Positions 59,038 through 64,000 of a DNA stretch of 64,000 nucleotides are shown one piece after another; position 1 is the first letter of the stretch; every line of letters starts with the position of its first letter. Made by a program: the position numbers and the translations under genes. Under the pieces are notes generated by a model that was not told where the DNA came from, did no database searches, and saw only the letters and a program-made list of their open reading frames with translations. This DNA is from Patescibacteria group bacterium (GTDB lineage Bacteria > Patescibacteriota > WWE3 > UBA101185 > 2-01-FULL-41-18), in contig JBBTST010000012.1 in assembly GCA_038064575.1 (NCBI GenBank), positions 32 to 64,031 on the forward strand, written 5' to 3'.

Positions 59038-59106
59038 CAGAAACAGGCAGTGAGTTTAAAAACCGCGCGTTAACGCTACCAAAATAAGGGACAACACAAG
59101 GGACTT

Positions 59107-59931
59107 ATGACAGCTCAAATAGTAAATGGAAAAGAGATAGCAAAGAGAATATTGGAAGAAATTAAAGAGGAGATTACTCAAAAGAAACTTGAACTAACTC
59201 TTGGAATAATCAAAATTTCAAACGACCAAGCAACAGATATTTATATAAGAAACAAAATTAAAAGAGCCAATGAATGCGGCATAAAGGTAGAGTTAAAAGA
59301 GTTCAGTGAAACTGTGCAAGAAGCAGAAGTTTTAGATCAAATCAATAAATTTAATGACACACAAGTTATAACCGGATTTTTTATTCAAACTCCTATAGCT
59401 AAGCACCTTAATTTAACAAACTTAACTGAATACATAGATCCTAAAAAAGATGTTGACGGGATGACCTCTTACAATCTTGGAGGACTACTTCATAACAGAA
59501 GGGACATTCTGGTTTCTGCCACTGCTGTTGCGTGTTATTCAATCTTAAAATTCCTGGAGGCAGACCTGGTTGGAAAACACGCTGTAATTGTAGGCAGGTC
59601 ATTAATAGTTGGAAAACCGCTATTTGCGCTGCTTTTGGCAAAAGACTGCACAGTCACACTCTGCCACTCAAAAACACAAAACTTACAAAGCATAACTAAA
59701 ACTGCTGATATCTTGATAAGCTCAACTGGCAGGGAGAAGCTAATTACCAAAAACCACATCAAAGAAGGGGCATTTGTGATAGATTGCGGATCTCCAAAAG
59801 GTGAGGTTGCTTTTGATTCTGCTGTCAGTAGGGCTTCTCACATCACTCCTGTACCGGGAGGTGTTGGGCCTGTAACAATAGCTTGCCTTCTTAAAAACAC
59901 ACTCAAAGCGTATGGTTTACAAAAAGCTTAA
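59107..59931 (+). CDS. folD: bifunctional methylenetetrahydrofolate dehydrogenase/cyclohydrolase FolD
   Basis: 274 aa with the NAD(P) Rossmann motif VVGRSLIVGKP, the PGGVGP motif and a conserved N-terminal YxxxK region. Confidence 0.9.
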   Translation: MTAQIVNGKEIAKRILEEIKEEITQKKLELTLGIIKISNDQATDIYIRNKIKRANECGIKVELKEFSETVQEAEVLDQINKFNDTQVITGFFIQTPIAKHLNLTNLTEYIDPKKDVDGMTSYNLGGLLHNRRDILVSATAVACYSILKFLEADLVGKHAVIVGRSLIVGKPLFALLLAKDCTVTLCHSKTQNLQSITKTADILISSTGREKLITKNHIKEGAFVIDCGSPKGEVAFDSAVSRASHITPVPGGVGPVTIACLLKNTLKAYGLQKA

Positions 59932-60025
59932 CCATCAACTAGATTCTAAATATCCCATCATGTTTGCCAACTACCCAAAAATAATATTAAATAACATGAA
60001 AACTTGAAGAAAGGAGGTTTAAAAA

Positions 60026-60262
60026 ATGGACTTACTTATCACCGGACCAAATCGTCTGGATGGGAGGGTGCTAATAAAAAATGCCCTTTTTGTTCCCAAG
60101 ATAGGGGGGCAAATTCAGGTTCCTAATAGTGCTGAGCCTGTTGAGAGCGTTGTTACTCCTATCCCTGTAGCAAACTCAAGGCGTTTGCTAGGTGGTACTT
60201 TTTTAGTTACCAATGTTGAATCACAAACACATGGGCACACCGTAACCGTAGATTTCCCCTAG
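60026..60262 (+). CDS. hypothetical small protein
   Basis: 78 aa ORF with a strong RBS (AAAGGAGGT) 8 nt upstream. A 9-bp-stem hairpin follows at 60283-60327. No family recognised. Confidence 0.5.
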   Translation: MDLLITGPNRLDGRVLIKNALFVPKIGGQIQVPNSAEPVESVVTPIPVANSRRLLGGTFLVTNVESQTHGHTVTVDFP

Positions 60263-60450
60263 TTTGACGCAACTTTGAAACTAGGCATGATTCTTACCAT
60301 TGCAAGATGTGTTAAAGGATCATGCCTTATTCTTTAAGTATTAATCAATACCCCATACAAAGTAGTTTTTACACAGTATTGAAACTTGATAGCATATAAC
60401 TTCCCTCTGTTGAAAAGATTGTTTAAAACTGCGAGAATCAAGTAAGAACC

Positions 60451-61407
60451 ATGACTATAAACAAATTCCCATTTGAGGACCCAGTACAAGGCTTAGAATC
60501 TGCCGAAAAGCTTACAAACAATGAATTTGAGGTTGGGCAATTAATGCTTTATGAAAAAGAGGGTAAGGTAAGAGTTTGTAGAATAACAGAAATAAATGAG
60601 GATAATATTGCCAAGGTTTGGACTCCACAAACTTCAGTCAATGTATTTGTTGAGGCTAAACCTGGTGAAACAATCCCAGGAAGTGAAAGAGCGGTCAATT
60701 TAGAAGACCCAACAGTACAAGCTCTAAATTACCCCTGTAAACCAGTTGCGGAGTGGAAAACACTTTTCCAAAAATGTGGTTGGTCCTCCAACGCACTTAA
60801 CTCTCTACCTGAAATGGACTTGGAAACAATGGAACCCGTCACACTTTCTGCCTCAAACGTTATGACTGCAACCACGCGAGCAACTCTTGGCGGTAATATC
60901 ACAATAGTCCTTAAAGTCTTATATGAGAGGCAATTACTAATGGAAAAAGCCGGAATAAGTTTTGATACTCCTGAACCTATAGCAACGGCAAAACCAGAGC
61001 CTCTAGAAATTTCCAGACCTATTAGACCTAAAATCAATATTGGAGATGAGGTGATTGCATTGGGACCAGACGGAAACCCAGTGATAGGCACGCTTAGCCG
61101 AATTGAAGATGACGGTAGAATCTATTCTGTTGAAATTGGGAAAGAACGTGAGCTTCCCATAAGAGCGATTAATCATAGCAAAACTCTAGATGCTCTAAAT
61201 AACCCTTCAAAAACTAGAAAGGAATGGGAGGACTTCATGCAAAGGTTCGGTTTTAAAGTAAAGTTATCAGACCTTCCAGAGGGTTCAGTTGCTGCATCTA
61301 AAGCATGGAAGCAAATAGGTAGTATGTGGCTAGTAGGTCAAGAACCACTAAAGCTAATTACAGCTTTTGAAATACTCCAGAAATTTGAAGAAAAAGGAAA
61401 AGAGTAA
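60451..61407 (+). CDS. hypothetical cytoplasmic protein with two internally similar beta-rich modules
   Basis: 318 aa. GKVRVCRITEINEDNIAKVW and GPDGNPVIGTLSRIEDDGRIYSVEIGK suggest repeated SH3/Tudor-like modules. No family recognised. Confidence 0.5.
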   Translation: MTINKFPFEDPVQGLESAEKLTNNEFEVGQLMLYEKEGKVRVCRITEINEDNIAKVWTPQTSVNVFVEAKPGETIPGSERAVNLEDPTVQALNYPCKPVAEWKTLFQKCGWSSNALNSLPEMDLETMEPVTLSASNVMTATTRATLGGNITIVLKVLYERQLLMEKAGISFDTPEPIATAKPEPLEISRPIRPKINIGDEVIALGPDGNPVIGTLSRIEDDGRIYSVEIGKERELPIRAINHSKTLDALNNPSKTRKEWEDFMQRFGFKVKLSDLPEGSVAASKAWKQIGSMWLVGQEPLKLITAFEILQKFEEKGKE

Positions 61408-61444
61408 ATTCAACATAACAAAAATACGACTTTGATCAAAGACA

Positions 61445-62785
61445 CTAGTTAATTCCCGGCACGGGAAACTTTTTGCAAAGGTTAGTAACATCCTTCTCAA
61501 TTGCTTTAAGATTATTGTTCTTTTCAATATTTTTCCTAAACTCTTTTAAGAATTTAATTCTTTCTTCTTTTTCAAGCGGAAGCCTGGAACTTGAAACTTC
61601 CCCAGCACAGGCAACAAGCCACTCGGCAATTTTTTCCATCTCACGCTCCTTCATACCTCTTGAAGTTAAAGCCGGAGAACCCAATCTAATTCCAGAAGGA
61701 TAAAATGGGGAGAAGGGCTCTCCTGGAATTGTGTTTTTATTTACGGTAATTCCAGCAACTCCTAAAGCATCTTGTACCAAAATTCCGGAACCTGCTCCAT
61801 TTGACTTAACAAGGTTTAGTAAGATCAAATGGTTTTCAGTTCCTCCACCAACCAGATTTAAACCGTGCCTTTTAAGAATTTTTGCAAGCACTTTGGCATT
61901 TTTCACAATCTGAACTGTATATTTTTGGAAGGAGGCAGAAGATGCTTCTTTTAGCGCTACTGCAATTCCGGCAATAATATGGTTGTGAGGACCTCCCTGG
62001 AGACCTGGAAATACGGCTTTGTCAATTTTATGTCCTAGCTCAGCATCTTTTTTGAGCCCTTTGTTTGTAACCAGTATCATAGCGCCCTTTGGGCCTCTTA
62101 ACGTCTTATGAGTTGTAGTTGTAATAATATGAACATAAGGAGCTGGGGTTTTGTGAACACCGCCAACAATAAGACCGGCAACATGTGCAATGTCTGCTGC
62201 CAAATAAGCTCCTGATGTGTCTGCAAGCTTGGCAAAAAGCTCAAATTCAAGCTCTCTAACATATGCTGAACCTCCAATCCAAATAAGTTTTGGTTTATGT
62301 TCCAAAATGAGTCGCCTAACCTCTGCAAAATCAACAATGCCTTCGGGACCAACATGATAAGCAATACTTTTATAATAATGGCTGCTGAAACTTGCCTTTG
62401 CCCCGTGCGTTAAGTGCCCTCCATCATACAAGTTAAGCCCCATCATTGTATCACCGGGATTCAAGACAGCCATTGCAACAGCCTGGTTTGCAGGACTTCC
62501 GGAGTAAGGTTGTACATTGGCATAAGGAGCTTTAAATAGCTTCTTTGCCCTCTCACAGGCAAGGGTTTCTATTTCATCAACAAAAGTATTTCCTCCATAG
62601 TATCTTTTGTTTGGATAACCTTCCGAATATTTATTGGTTAAAATAGAACCCATTGCTTCAAGAACCGCTTCGCTCACATAATTTTCTGCAGGAATCATTT
62701 CAAGTCCTTCAATTTGCCTTTTGATTTCTTTTTCCAAAGATTTATAGATTAAGGGGTCTTGTTTCTTAAGTGTTTTATAATTCAT
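61445..62785 (-). CDS. glyA: serine hydroxymethyltransferase
   Basis: 446 aa with N-terminal LEMIPAENYVS (SHMT LIASENF-like) and a PLP-Lys region (THKTLRGP). Confidence 0.9.
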   Translation of the reverse strand: MNYKTLKKQDPLIYKSLEKEIKRQIEGLEMIPAENYVSEAVLEAMGSILTNKYSEGYPNKRYYGGNTFVDEIETLACERAKKLFKAPYANVQPYSGSPANQAVAMAVLNPGDTMMGLNLYDGGHLTHGAKASFSSHYYKSIAYHVGPEGIVDFAEVRRLILEHKPKLIWIGGSAYVRELEFELFAKLADTSGAYLAADIAHVAGLIVGGVHKTPAPYVHIITTTTHKTLRGPKGAMILVTNKGLKKDAELGHKIDKAVFPGLQGGPHNHIIAGIAVALKEASSASFQKYTVQIVKNAKVLAKILKRHGLNLVGGGTENHLILLNLVKSNGAGSGILVQDALGVAGITVNKNTIPGEPFSPFYPSGIRLGSPALTSRGMKEREMEKIAEWLVACAGEVSSSRLPLEKEERIKFLKEFRKNIEKNNNLKAIEKDVTNLCKKFPVPGIN

Positions 62786-62930
62786 TGCTAAGAGGACAGA
62801 TTTATACTCATATTACCCTATATAAAAGGGAATATCAATAGAAACAACAGAGTGATAAAGTTTTTAATATAGAAAGATTATAGGTTAGAAGTTACTTTAC
62901 TTAACCTTCACCAAAAGCTAATATACAGCC

Positions 62931-64000
62931 ATGTCTGAGATAAACTATAAAACAAAAGTGCAAAAAAAACAGATGTACAAAAACCGAGGACAAAAGCTTA
63001 TAAGCTTTAGGGACATTCAGGCATTATCAGAAAAATTAAAGAAAGAAGGGAAAAATATTGTCTTCACACTGGGGTCTTTTGATTTACTAAATCCCGGTCA
63101 CTGCAGATATTTGGCGGAAGCAAAGGCACAGGGAGACATTCTGGTTGTAGGGGTGTCAAGCGATGCTTCCCTAAAACGGACTAAAGGTGAGGATTTTTCA
63201 CTGGTAAATGAAGAAGTAAGAGCTGAACTTATTAGCCAATTAAGAATCGCTGACTATGTGACAATAGTAGATGAGGATAGACCTCATGCTTTATTAATCC
63301 TTTTGAAACCAGACGTTTACTTTACATCTCAAGGGGCTTGGGACGATGGGACCAGAGACAAATATGAAGAGATTTTAGTTAAATCTTATGGCGGAATTAT
63401 AATCAAAAGAGAAAGACATAAACCTTACTTTGGCACAAATTCTCTGGCGGAACATATAGCCAATATACGGGTAATACAAACCCTTGAATCCTATCTTAAA
63501 GATAAGATTGACGGGTTTATACTAGATCCGCTGAAACACTTAAAACCTGCAGATTTTGGAAAACAAATACCCGTAGGAAGAAATGCGTTTAACCCAAGAA
63601 AACGTGTATTAAAGTTCAACAAACTTGCGTATTTTAGAGAAGCTATGAAGAAAAAAGGGTTGACTGTTTCTTTTGTTGCCGGTTCCTTTGACCTTTTGCA
63701 TGTGGGTCACGCCAGATTTATTGAACAAGCGGGACTTCATGCGGATGTGTTAGTGGTTGGACTTCCCTCTGACACTTCATTAAGATTACTTAAGGGTATA
63801 GGAAGACCGGTCATTAATGAGTATGCAAGAGCTTATGTTCTTGGACATCTGGAAGTTGTTGATCATGTTGTTATTTTTAATGATAAAACAATATATTCCA
63901 CGCTTGAGTCTCTAAAACCGGATGTATTCTTTACAGTTGAGGAATCATGGAATAACTTTAAAGAAAGTAAAGAATTCAAGTTTGTAAAAAGTTATGGAGG
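62931..64000 (+). CDS. tandem cytidylyltransferase-like (HxGH nucleotidyltransferase) domain protein, 3' end beyond window
   Basis: ORF open from ATG 62931 to the window end; absent from the ORF track because it has no stop. It has two repeats of an FxxGSFDLLxxGH module (FTLGSFDLLNPGHCRYL and FVAGSFDLLHVGHARFI), typical of TagD/HldE domain II/ECT-type cytidylyltransferases. Confidence 0.7.
   Translation, partial: MSEINYKTKVQKKQMYKNRGQKLISFRDIQALSEKLKKEGKNIVFTLGSFDLLNPGHCRYLAEAKAQGDILVVGVSSDASLKRTKGEDFSLVNEEVRAELISQLRIADYVTIVDEDRPHALLILLKPDVYFTSQGAWDDGTRDKYEEILVKSYGGIIIKRERHKPYFGTNSLAEHIANIRVIQTLESYLKDKIDGFILDPLKHLKPADFGKQIPVGRNAFNPRKRVLKFNKLAYFREAMKKKGLTVSFVAGSFDLLHVGHARFIEQAGLHADVLVVGLPSDTSLRLLKGIGRPVINEYARAYVLGHLEVVDHVVIFNDKTIYSTLESLKPDVFFTVEESWNNFKESKEFKFVKSYG

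Noticed and set aside
61422-61433. 12-nt perfect palindrome CTTTGATCAAAG between convergent genes
   Set aside because: It is too short to assign as a terminator or operator with confidence. It is mentioned within finding on 60026-61407 only.

Overview
This window looks like a low-GC, compact bacterial genome, probably from a Candidate Phyla Radiation (Patescibacteria)-like organism. Short genes are densely packed, many carry AGGAG Shine-Dalgarno sites, and the 16S rRNA has a divergent universal-primer site. The window opens with the 5' part of a 23S rRNA on the minus strand, followed by tRNA-Ala(TGC). The matching 16S rRNA lies about 4.7 kb further in, not adjacent. Between them sit an inverted tRNA-Ile(GAT), two secreted-protein genes and a GGDEF diguanylate cyclase. 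The remainder is largely core functions. These include tRNA and DNA repair genes (MnmA, Fpg, RecF, Nth, a 5'-3' exonuclease, an ATP-dependent DNA ligase) and redox/sugar metabolism (TrxB, split transketolase, RpiB, Rpe, PfkB kinase, class II aldolase). The rest are FolD, GlyA, TrpS, FtsH, Lgt, a complete Suf Fe-S assembly cluster with extra redox partners, and a MacAB-like ABC efflux set. Three further tRNAs lie downstream: an elongator-type CAT tRNA, an initiator tRNA-fMet and an unusual tRNA-Ile(UAU). A GC-rich 650-bp intergenic region is most consistent with an RNase P RNA gene on the minus strand. Other notable items are a small hydrophobic peptide ORF ahead of a Fic-like protein lacking the catalytic motif, a HEPN-motif protein translationally coupled to trxB, a signal peptidase I fused to a CAP-like domain, a DsbA-VKOR oxidative-folding module, a glutaredoxin-TrxR fusion, and large secreted proteins (BNR repeats plus M23 peptidase, an Ig-like surface protein). 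No CRISPR array, transposon or obvious prophage is visible.
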